This document shows positions 27,089 to 35,071 of a stretch of DNA of 64,000 bases, one piece after another. Origin of the DNA: Patescibacteria group bacterium (lineage in GTDB: Bacteria; Patescibacteriota; Patescibacteriia; UBA9934; GWF2-40-263); the NCBI GenBank assembly GCA_041661745.1, contig JBAZTR010000003.1, positions 91,007-155,006 of the forward strand, read 5' to 3'. Made by a program: the position numbers and the translations under genes. The notes beneath the pieces are model-generated. The model did not search any database. It saw nothing but the letters and a program-made list of their open reading frames with translations, and was not told the origin of the DNA. Position 1 is the stretch's first letter. Every line of letters starts with the position of its first letter.

Positions 27089-29497
27089 CTAGTGCCCGGA
27101 ACTCCTGAGACAGGTCGCATGGTTCACCGGATCCTGGATCCGGGAACAGTCGATCTGCTTCCGCTTCCCCGAAGGAGTCGAGGCAGCGGGCGGGTGGGAC
27201 GTGGTGGCTGTAGTGGGTGCCACCTGGGAACTGGCGGCCGCGGGCTGGCTGGGCACCGCGGTCGGGGCGGCTGGAGCCGGCTGAACGATCTGGGCCGACG
27301 TGTTCGGGTCGTCGCCGAATCCGAATTTACAGTCAACCAAGAGCGACACGCCGACGATCAGGAACACCAGCGAGCCGAACAGGACGGCCAGAATGGCCAG
27401 GTACGAACCAGCGGCTCGGAAGCCGCGTGCTGTTCCGCTCTGGCTCTCGTCCTGAGCACCGAGAACGGCCAGGAGCAAGCCACCAGCCACAGCCACAGCC
27501 GGCGACACCACCAGGATCCAGGCCCAGAACGTGTGGGAGCAACCCCACATGGAGGGGACCGGAGCCGAGGAGGCAGTCGAGGCCGACTGTCCGCCGATGA
27601 CGCTGGCCAACTCTTCGGCCTGCGCCTTCTTGGCCTTGGCCTTGTCCAGCTCCTCTGGGAACCGGTCAGGCTTCAGGTCGTACGTGAAGTGGCCGAAGCC
27701 ATCCTCACGGACGCGGACTTCCAGAGCCCCCGGGAGGTTGGCGACCAACCGCGCTTCGGAGTAGACATGGCCATTGCTGACCGTGACCATTCCGTGCTTG
27801 GTGGCCGCGACGCCGAAGACCTCCTCGAGGGAGTACTCTCCGTCGTCCGTCTGGTCGTAGGGGTTGGAGTAGACGACCACGAACTCGTTGGTCGTTCCCT
27901 GCACCACCCTGGCCTCAACGGGTTCCCAGGCCCACTCGGTTCGGGCCATGAGAGCCGCTAGCACTGCGAAGAGCGGGATTGCTCCCACCCACGTGACGGT
28001 GCGGAGGAACTTGGACTCCCAGATGTCCATCCTCCTCACTTGGGAGTAGCCGACCACAGCCGCGGTCGACAGCATCGCGGCAACGATCAGGAGAGATCGT
28101 GCCTGAATGCCGCCAGCCAGACCAACTGTGATCAAGCCAACTGCCCCGAAGAAGAGGGTGAAGAACGCCCCGGAGAACCCGAGGTTCCGAAGCCACGGCA
28201 CCGAGGTCGTGGCTGGCGTGACGTTGAAGCCCAACCGCTGTCCGACGATTCGGAACTGATCCATGAACCAGTCCACCAACCCCTGGATGGGGATGAGGAG
28301 GAGCATGGAGATGGTGAGCAACACGGTGCCGGCCATCCACTTCCAGAGCTGGCCGTGGTACCAGCCGTCCAAGAAGAACATCTCGGCCGACCAGTAGGTG
28401 AAGCGCAGGTAGCCGTAGCCCAGAAGCCCGATCACGAGGAGCAAAATCCCGAAGATTCCAGCCACGACCGCGACGACCGCCTTCCAGTTCCTTTCGGAAA
28501 TCCAGTGAGAGATCCTGTCCGTGGCCGTGTCGAGGTGCCCGGCGAGCCTGTCCTTGAGGCGCGGATTGAACACCGCGTCCACCCGGCGCACGAAGCGCTG
28601 GTAGAGGTCGTTGGTCGGCTCGACGCCCTTCGTTCCTTCATTCAGAAGGTCCTTGAGCAAGCGGATCTTGCTCCAAGCATCCTCCTCGAAGGCACGCTGG
28701 ACGAGAGCCGCAGCCAGGCCCCTCTCGGACATGGCGCGGTCGACCAGGCGCCCGAAGACCCAGCGTTCCTCCTCGGACAGGGTGTCCTCGAAGGCCTTGG
28801 GCTTGGGCGGATCGATCGACGACGAGGAGCCGGCTCCGGTCATGAGGATCTTGACCAACGAGCCACCGCAGCACGGGCAGATCCGAAGACCCGTCTGCTT
28901 AGCGATTGCCTCCCAGTCAGCCTCATCGACGCGATACTTCTGGGCCGGACGGATAACCGTCTTCTTCGGCGACTTGGGATTGCTCATATCGACCGTGGCC
29001 ACCTCGGTGTTGGCCAACTCGAAAGCAGCGGTCCGCTGCAAGAGCTCGGCACACTTGCTTGTGGTGTGAAGGCCCATGGCGGCCGGCTCGATCCAGTACT
29101 TGTCCGGAGCCAACGGCTCCTTGGCCTTGGCATCGCTGCCGGCCTTGACCTTGATCTTGTCGGTCATCTCCTTGGTGAAGTCCAACCAGGACTTGGCACC
29201 ACCGACGACGACCGACTCGAGGATCTCGGTGAGGTACGGCTCGAAGACCGCCCCGATGGGGCCGATCTTGCGGAGGGCCGCCCTGACCGGCTCCTTGAAG
29301 GCTCCGGCCGTGGCTCCGGCACCGGCGATGACGCTCCACTTGGCCGGCTCCGGCATATTTGAGATGGCCACAGCCAGATTCTCGAGAGTCGGCGACTTGG
29401 TGATGGCCGAGGCCCCGAGGTGGGCGATGATCGCCTCACCGGTCTCGGAGATGGCAGTGGAGAGAGCAGCGGAGGAAACGGAAGATGCGGTAGACAT
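27089..29497 (-). CDS. Large hypothetical polytopic membrane protein with a CPCCGG zinc-ribbon-like motif and a Pro/Ala/Thr-rich C-terminal tail (high-GC island gene)
   Basis: Start set at MSTASSVSS after a long 5' UTR that begins at an AT-rich TTGACA-17-TATAAAT promoter (minus strand, about 29640-29670). More than 8 hydrophobic helices. No family assigned. Confidence 0.5.
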   Translation of the reverse strand: MSTASSVSSAALSTAISETGEAIIAHLGASAITKSPTLENLAVAISNMPEPAKWSVIAGAGATAGAFKEPVRAALRKIGPIGAVFEPYLTEILESVVVGGAKSWLDFTKEMTDKIKVKAGSDAKAKEPLAPDKYWIEPAAMGLHTTSKCAELLQRTAAFELANTEVATVDMSNPKSPKKTVIRPAQKYRVDEADWEAIAKQTGLRICPCCGGSLVKILMTGAGSSSSIDPPKPKAFEDTLSEEERWVFGRLVDRAMSERGLAAALVQRAFEEDAWSKIRLLKDLLNEGTKGVEPTNDLYQRFVRRVDAVFNPRLKDRLAGHLDTATDRISHWISERNWKAVVAVVAGIFGILLLVIGLLGYGYLRFTYWSAEMFFLDGWYHGQLWKWMAGTVLLTISMLLLIPIQGLVDWFMDQFRIVGQRLGFNVTPATTSVPWLRNLGFSGAFFTLFFGAVGLITVGLAGGIQARSLLIVAAMLSTAAVVGYSQVRRMDIWESKFLRTVTWVGAIPLFAVLAALMARTEWAWEPVEARVVQGTTNEFVVVYSNPYDQTDDGEYSLEEVFGVAATKHGMVTVSNGHVYSEARLVANLPGALEVRVREDGFGHFTYDLKPDRFPEELDKAKAKKAQAEELASVIGGQSASTASSAPVPSMWGCSHTFWAWILVVSPAVAVAGGLLLAVLGAQDESQSGTARGFRAAGSYLAILAVLFGSLVFLIVGVSLLVDCKFGFGDDPNTSAQIVQPAPAAPTAVPSQPAAASSQVAPTTATTSHPPAASTPSGKRKQIDCSRIQDPVNHATCLRSSGH

Positions 29498-29714
29498 GGG
29501 ATTTCTTTCCGTGCGCTTTAAAGGCGCGTTTTGTTGTGAAGGGACATGGTTCCGCTCATTTTGCCAATCGTGGGGCAACCCCAACAGACGGCGAGACGGA
29601 AAATTGCCCTCTATACGGCCTTGTGGGCACGCACGGAGAACGTGTATTTATATCATATTTTTAAAGATTTGTCAACCGTGTTTCCCTCCATTTTTCGCTT
29701 AAATTAAACAAAAA

Positions 29715-29750
29715 ACCGCAACAAACGTATTTTTGTTTGCTGCGGAATCC
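29715..29750 (-). terminator. Rho-independent terminator for the oxidoreductase operon
   Basis: Minus strand reads ccgcagcaaac-aaaaatac-gtttgttgcgg-tttttt. Confidence 0.55.
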
Positions 29751-29760
29751 TAAAAAACCC

Positions 29761-30909
29761 TTATTTTCCCATCATTTTCAAAATTCGCTCACGTTCGGAA
29801 TTCTTGTTAATCATGGTCGCGCCAATAACCTTTCCCGCTTTAGAAAAAATCTGCAAAACCCCACCTGCGGCTGTATTTCCTTCAACTTTAATCTCATCAG
29901 CCCACTCGCGGTCAGTATCACCAAGAAAAATAGCATCAAGGCCTAAAAGACTCATGGGAGAGGTGGTAATTTGTTCAAATTTTTCCGTTTGACCAAAAAT
30001 ATTTCTGGCGGCAATTCGCCCCTGGGCTTGGGCCGCGGCCCAGGTTCCTATAATTCTATTTCTTCCGGAATGAACATCAAAAACTTCAGCCACGTCCCCA
30101 ATAGCGTAGACACCAGGGAGATTGGTTTCCATTTTTTCGTTCACAACAATTCCCTTCTCTGTTTTTAAACCGGAATCGCTAAGCCACGCGGTGTCCGGAT
30201 CAAGGCCAATGCCGACACCAAGAATTTTACAATCAAAATTTCCTTTATCGGTTTCTACGCCACTAATTTCCGTGTCACCTTGCAGACCAATAAATTTTGC
30301 CTCCGGCAAAACTTTGATTCCGTTTTTTTCCAGTTGTTGATTAATCAACTTGCCGCTTTCTTCATCAAGCACGCGCGACCAAAAATATTTTCCACGAAAA
30401 GCCACGGTAATATCCAAACCAAAATTTTTAAAAACATTTATAAATTCGCAACCAATCAAACCGCCACCATAAACGCCAACCGAACATGGTCGCGGTTGTT
30501 CGGAAACAAGCTGTTGCAGGTGATCAGCATCATCAAGTGTCCAAAGATAAGCCACCCCGCGGCGATCTTCCGGCAACGGTCTGGTGTTTCGTCCACCGGC
30601 AATAACCAATTTATCAAACGGAAGTTCGCGACCATTGGACAATAAAACAAAAGAATTTTTTACATCAACTTTTTCCACGCGTTCACCGGAAATCCATTCA
30701 ATATTATTTTCCGCGTACCAATTTTCTGTTTTCAAAAATACTCGTTCACGCGGCACTTTTCCTTTTAAATAGTGCGGCAAAAGTACCCGCGAATAAAGCG
30801 GATGATGTTCTTCGGAAACTAGTGTAATTTCGGCTTGCGGGTCGAATTTTCTAAGCTCTTCCGCACAAGTAGTGCCGGCAATGCCGCCGCCAACGATAAT
30901 AATTTTCAT
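29761..30909 (-). CDS. FAD/NAD(P)-binding pyridine nucleotide-disulfide-type oxidoreductase
   Basis: MKIIIVGGGIAGTTCAEEL Rossmann dinucleotide-binding motif and a second GG motif mid-protein. Confidence 0.7.
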   Translation of the reverse strand: MKIIIVGGGIAGTTCAEELRKFDPQAEITLVSEEHHPLYSRVLLPHYLKGKVPRERVFLKTENWYAENNIEWISGERVEKVDVKNSFVLLSNGRELPFDKLVIAGGRNTRPLPEDRRGVAYLWTLDDADHLQQLVSEQPRPCSVGVYGGGLIGCEFINVFKNFGLDITVAFRGKYFWSRVLDEESGKLINQQLEKNGIKVLPEAKFIGLQGDTEISGVETDKGNFDCKILGVGIGLDPDTAWLSDSGLKTEKGIVVNEKMETNLPGVYAIGDVAEVFDVHSGRNRIIGTWAAAQAQGRIAARNIFGQTEKFEQITTSPMSLLGLDAIFLGDTDREWADEIKVEGNTAAGGVLQIFSKAGKVIGATMINKNSERERILKMMGK

Positions 30910-30962
30910 AAGCCCTCTCCCCATCCCTCCCCCACCGCGGCGGTGAAGGAGGGAGAATGAGG

Positions 30963-31226
30963 TTATCTAGGAAACAATTGTTTGCCGGTCTCGTCAAAAA
31001 CCAACACGGCCAAAACCGGACAGGATTCAGCACCAAGAATAATATTCTGCAACTCTTCGTCAGTGACTTCGACTTCACGCTCGTAGGTCGGGCCACCGGG
31101 CGCTTGGCCGTGATCTAAAACATCGGCTTTGTTTTCGTTATTAAGCTGAAAGGTTTCCGGGGCCACGGTTACGCAAGCAGCCGCGCCGATACAAAGATCT
31201 GGATCGACTTTGATTCTTATTTTCAT
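30963..31226 (-). CDS. Ferredoxin (single [4Fe-4S] type)
   Basis: DPDLCIGAAACVTVAPETF ... ESCPVLA cysteine pattern. Confidence 0.65.
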   Translation of the reverse strand: MKIRIKVDPDLCIGAAACVTVAPETFQLNNENKADVLDHGQAPGGPTYEREVEVTDEELQNIILGAESCPVLAVLVFDETGKQLFPR

Positions 31227-31289
31227 AAAGAGAATTAAAGGGGATTAAAGAGAAGGAAAGGGAAGGAAAGTAGAAACTTTCCCTCTCTT

Positions 31290-31739
31290 TCACTCTCTTT
31301 CCAACTCTTTCCCTCCACTCAAATATTTTTCAATAGCATTACGTAAGGCCTTATCACACAAAACCGAACAATGAATTTTTCGCGGTGGCAGGCCGCTTAA
31401 ACGGTCAACAATCATTTGTGGGGTAATTTTTACCGCTTCATCGATGGTTAAACCGCCGTTTTCCAAACACATAACCGAACAAATTGAGGCCGCGGCAATG
31501 GCACTGGCACAACCAAAAGTTTTCCAAAGATAACCGACAATTTTTTTAGTGACCGGATCAATTTTTAACCACACTTTCATTTCATCACCACAAGCCGGCG
31601 AGCCGTAAACGCCGTAAGCATTAAAATCAGCTGGTGGATTTTCTTCTTTCAAAAAATTGCGTGGATTAAAAAAGTGATCTTTTACCGTGTCGCTGTAAAA
31701 CCAACTTTCAATTCCACATGAATCATTTACGTCGCCCAT
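31290..31739 (-). CDS. iscU: Fe-S cluster assembly scaffold, IscU/NifU-like
   Basis: Conserved Cys context GSPACGDEM, TFGCASAIAA, KIHCSVL. Confidence 0.8.
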   Translation of the reverse strand: MGDVNDSCGIESWFYSDTVKDHFFNPRNFLKEENPPADFNAYGVYGSPACGDEMKVWLKIDPVTKKIVGYLWKTFGCASAIAAASICSVMCLENGGLTIDEAVKITPQMIVDRLSGLPPRKIHCSVLCDKALRNAIEKYLSGGKELERE

Positions 31740-31740
31740 A

Positions 31741-32916
31741 TTATAACTTAACTGAACTGATTAAACGAAGTTTTTCCACAAGTGGTGGCAAAACTTTCAA
31801 AACATAATCTAAATCTTTTTGAGTGGTGGAATGTCCCAAAGTAAAACGCATGGCTCCGTGGGCTTCTTCGGGGGATTTCCCCATGGCCAACAAAACATGA
31901 CTCGGATCAAGCGAAGCGCTGGTGCAGGCGGAACCGGTTGAAATAAAGATTCCCTTAGCATCAAGATACAGCATTAAAGCTTCGCCCTCGATATCAGAAA
32001 AAGAAATATTGGCGTTGTTCGGCAAACGATTTAATGGGTGACCATTAAGTTTTGTTTTTGGAACCTTCAATAAAATTCCAGCAATAAATTTGTCGCGAAA
32101 TTTAATAAGACGTTCGCTTTCTTTATTCTTTTCTTTATCAGCCAGCTCAAGGGCCGCGGCCAATCCAACAATTCCGGCGACGTTTTCCGTACCCGGGCGA
32201 AGGCCGCGTTCTTGCGCGCCACCAAATTGTATTGGTTGAAGGCGCAAATCTTTTTTAAAATACAGAAGCCCAATACCTTTTGGCCCGTAAATTTTTGAAC
32301 CGTTAATCGTCATGGCATCGACATGAAGTTTTTCGACAGAAAGTTCTAAAGCCCCGGCCGCCTGACAAGCATCGGTATGAAAAATCGGATATTTTTTTTC
32401 ACCACGATGTTTTTGTAAACAATTTCCGATTTCGGCAATTGGTTGAATAGTACCAACCTCATTGTTGGCATACATAACGGAAACCAGAATCGTCTCCGGG
32501 CGCAGCGCGGCCTTAACCTTTTCTACTTCAACAACACCGTCGGAGTTAGGAGCAATTCGAGTAATCTCAAAACCCTCTTTTTCCAGTTGCGTCGCAGCTT
32601 CTAAAACAGCATGGTGTTCGATAGCTGAAACAATAATATGTTTCCCGGCCCCGGCGTTGGCCCGAGCAAACCCGAGAATGGCCAAGTTGTCAGATTCGGT
32701 TCCACCAGAGGTAAAAATTATTTCTTCTGATCGGCATGACAATATCTTAGAAATTTTTGTTCGCGCTGCTTCGATTGCGTCTTTCGCTTCCTTGCCTGGT
32801 GAGTGAAAACTGGAGGGGTTGCCAAACTTGTCGGTCAGCCACGGTTTCATAGCCTTAAAAACCCGCTGGTCAAGCGGGGTGGTCGCGGCATGGTCTAAGT
32901 AGACAAATCGTTCCAT
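31741..32916 (-). CDS. iscS: Cysteine desulfurase (IscS/NifS family, PLP-dependent)
   Basis: YLDHAATTP N-terminus, the PLP-lysine region and SGSACTS active-site Cys loop. Confidence 0.85.
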   Translation of the reverse strand: MERFVYLDHAATTPLDQRVFKAMKPWLTDKFGNPSSFHSPGKEAKDAIEAARTKISKILSCRSEEIIFTSGGTESDNLAILGFARANAGAGKHIIVSAIEHHAVLEAATQLEKEGFEITRIAPNSDGVVEVEKVKAALRPETILVSVMYANNEVGTIQPIAEIGNCLQKHRGEKKYPIFHTDACQAAGALELSVEKLHVDAMTINGSKIYGPKGIGLLYFKKDLRLQPIQFGGAQERGLRPGTENVAGIVGLAAALELADKEKNKESERLIKFRDKFIAGILLKVPKTKLNGHPLNRLPNNANISFSDIEGEALMLYLDAKGIFISTGSACTSASLDPSHVLLAMGKSPEEAHGAMRFTLGHSTTQKDLDYVLKVLPPLVEKLRLISSVKL

Positions 32917-33004
32917 AACTTCCTATAAGCTAACAAAAAAAGAGGTTTCGGACAAGCTCCGTCACCCCCTTAACGCCTTATAATGCCCGAATACCGCTTA
33001 AATT

Positions 33005-33202
33005 TTATTCAATTTCATCGTCCAAATCCAAATATTTCTCCGGCTCCTTCAAAAACTCGTTGCGGCAAGCTGTTGAGCAGAACGTTAAAACTACCCCGCC
33101 CTCAGACTCCTCGGTCTGAATACTCTCCGGGTCGTTTAGGGAGGCCAGACAAACATCACAAACATCGGAGGACTCCTCAGTAAATTTATCGAAAGATGCC
33201 AT
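33005..33202 (-). CDS. Small acidic Cys-containing protein (possible zinc-ribbon/metal-binding)
   Basis: 65-aa ORF with CDVC ... CSTAC pairs; lies between the Fe-S cluster genes and the VIT transporter. Confidence 0.35.
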   Translation of the reverse strand: MASFDKFTEESSDVCDVCLASLNDPESIQTEESEGGVVLTFCSTACRNEFLKEPEKYLDLDDEIE

Positions 33203-33229
33203 AAGTTCTAATTACAGAATACCAGAAAA

Positions 33230-33763
33230 TTACAATATAGTGTTAATACCGAAGTAATGGGAAACTGTCCAGCCAACCAAATAACCGATTCCCGCGGCCA
33301 CCAATGAAACCACAACCATTTCTATTGCTGTCTTCCAGCCGGCTCGTTTGGTAAAACGACCGGTCCAAAAACCAACCCCGGCCAAAGCAAGAACGGCTAA
33401 AATAACCGAAGGGAGAATAGCCAAATCCGGCGGCAAAAGAAGATAAGGAGTTAAAGGGAGCATTCCGCCAAAGACATAGGAAATAAACATAACGAAAGCG
33501 GCTTTAATCGATCGCTGGTGAACAACTTTGTCTGATTTCTCCTCAGCTCGCTCGGCTGTTTCGGTTGATAAAAAACTGCCGGCGGACATTGAGGTGGCTT
33601 CAACCGCCAAAATCACCAAACCTGAAAGAATAATAACCATGCGGTCTTCGGTACCAATGGCAATACCGGTAACCGCACCCATAGTGGAGACTAAACTATC
33701 CTCCAAACCAAAAACAATTTCTCGCACCGATTCGATAACTGAATTCTTTGTTCTTAAATGCAT
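33230..33763 (-). CDS. VIT1/CCC1 family iron/manganese transporter
   Basis: EDSLVSTMGAVTGIAIGT N-terminal VIT motif and five TM helices. Confidence 0.7.
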   Translation of the reverse strand: MHLRTKNSVIESVREIVFGLEDSLVSTMGAVTGIAIGTEDRMVIILSGLVILAVEATSMSAGSFLSTETAERAEEKSDKVVHQRSIKAAFVMFISYVFGGMLPLTPYLLLPPDLAILPSVILAVLALAGVGFWTGRFTKRAGWKTAIEMVVVSLVAAGIGYLVGWTVSHYFGINTIL

Positions 33764-33827
33764 ACGGTTGAATTATAACAGAAGGGGTTGAAAAAAGAAG
33801 AGTTTATGGATATACTTTAAAAAACTT

Positions 33828-34289
33828 ATGCAAATACCATCATCCCTTCATCCGTTTCACAAACGCACTTTAATTGTTGTCACCAACACCTTAAAAGCCA
33901 AAACTTTTTTGGCTGATGGGCTAAACCTAACCGAGGCCGGAGAGATTGACGTGACCTCTGATCTTGAACAAGAAAACGGCGAACGCGAGGCAATAAAATA
34001 CGGCGGAGCCAGTCAGCCTAATTTTGCTTCAAACGATGAATATGGCACAAAAAAGGACCATATTACCAAAGATCATTTTTATAATGCTTTAAACAAGGAA
34101 CTAATGCATCGAATGCAAAACAACGAATTTGATGTTTTGGCTTTTACTGTTCCAGAAGACCTGGAAAACGAACTGAAAGAATCGCTTCACGGACAGTTGT
34201 TAAAAAAGACGGAAATTTTTGTCCCAAAAAACTTGATGAATGACGATGTTTTAGACGTAGTTGCGGTAATCCAGGAAATGCCGGAATAA
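33828..34289 (+). CDS. Hypothetical protein
   Basis: 153-aa soluble ORF with no firm family assignment. Confidence 0.4.
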   Translation: MQIPSSLHPFHKRTLIVVTNTLKAKTFLADGLNLTEAGEIDVTSDLEQENGEREAIKYGGASQPNFASNDEYGTKKDHITKDHFYNALNKELMHRMQNNEFDVLAFTVPEDLENELKESLHGQLLKKTEIFVPKNLMNDDVLDVVAVIQEMPE

Positions 34290-34310
34290 AAGAAATAGAT
34301 ATTAAACAAC

Positions 34311-34340
34311 AAAAAATCTCGCCACAATGGCGAGATTTTT
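34311..34340. terminator. Bidirectional terminator
   Basis: aatctcgcc-acaat-ggcgagatt plus T6. Confidence 0.65.
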
Positions 34341-34415
34341 TGGAGGCCTGGGTGGGAATTGAACCCGCGCATAAGGGTTTTGCAGACCCTCGCCTTACCA
34401 CTTGGCTACCAGGCC
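34341..34415 (-). tRNA. tRNA-Cys (anticodon GCA), CCA encoded
   Basis: Minus strand reads GGCCTGGTAGCCAAGTGGTAAGGCGAGGGTCTGCAAAACCCTTATGCGCGGGTTCAATTCCCACCCAGGCCTCCA. The T-stem has one C-A mismatch. Confidence 0.75.
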
Positions 34416-34442
34416 GCGGTCGACATAGCGACCGTTATTATA

Positions 34443-34928
34443 TTAGAAAACCTCAATAGTTGTCCAATTGACACCAAAATTTTTGGCATCAACGGTTTCT
34501 TCCATCCAGATATCAACACGTTGGTTATAACGGGCATTCATGCGGTCTTCGACAATAAAGACCTCGTCCCCATAAAGTTCAGGAATACGAATGCGGGTAC
34601 CGATTGGTAAAAAGTTGGCAGCCACAACCCCACGACGAACCGTGGTACCAGAGGCGGTAATAAACGGGGTGGAGTCGGTTTGTCCAACCTCACTAGAATA
34701 AGCGGTAATCGGAATAGAATAGAAAACACGACGGGGTTCAGCATCTTCGGCAGTTGGCAGCTGGTTGCTGTAAGAATAGGAAGCAACCGGATTTAACCAG
34801 TCCAAAGACAAAGCTTCGGCCGCGTTAGGGGAAATGATGTAACTACCAAAAATCATGAGTAAAGCAATCAAAACCGACTCAATCGGCTGTAGAAAACACT
34901 TCTTTTTGTTGCAAAATATCTTATTCAT
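34443..34928 (-). CDS. 3D-domain (MltA/RlpA-like double-psi beta-barrel) cell-wall protein
   Basis: C-terminal IPITAYSSEVGQTDSTPFITASGTTVRRGVVAANFLPIGTRIRIPELYGDEVFIVEDRM matches the 3D domain; N-terminal signal/TM. Confidence 0.65.
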   Translation of the reverse strand: MNKIFCNKKKCFLQPIESVLIALLMIFGSYIISPNAAEALSLDWLNPVASYSYSNQLPTAEDAEPRRVFYSIPITAYSSEVGQTDSTPFITASGTTVRRGVVAANFLPIGTRIRIPELYGDEVFIVEDRMNARYNQRVDIWMEETVDAKNFGVNWTTIEVF

Positions 34929-35071
34929 AATAAAAACTTCCCTTTCAGGAAGCGGTATTAGTATAGCACACTTTAGCCTTTTGGTCAATGAGAAAACCCG
35001 AAAAACTGCCAACCACAGCCCAAATATCAAGTGGACTAAAATGGCAAAAATCGGTATTATAGGAAACGTCT

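Noticed and set aside
34341-34415. Possible pseudo-tRNA status of tRNA-Cys because of a C-A mismatch in the T-stem
   Set aside because: A single mismatch is tolerated in many functional tRNAs; the acceptor, anticodon arm and CCA are intact.
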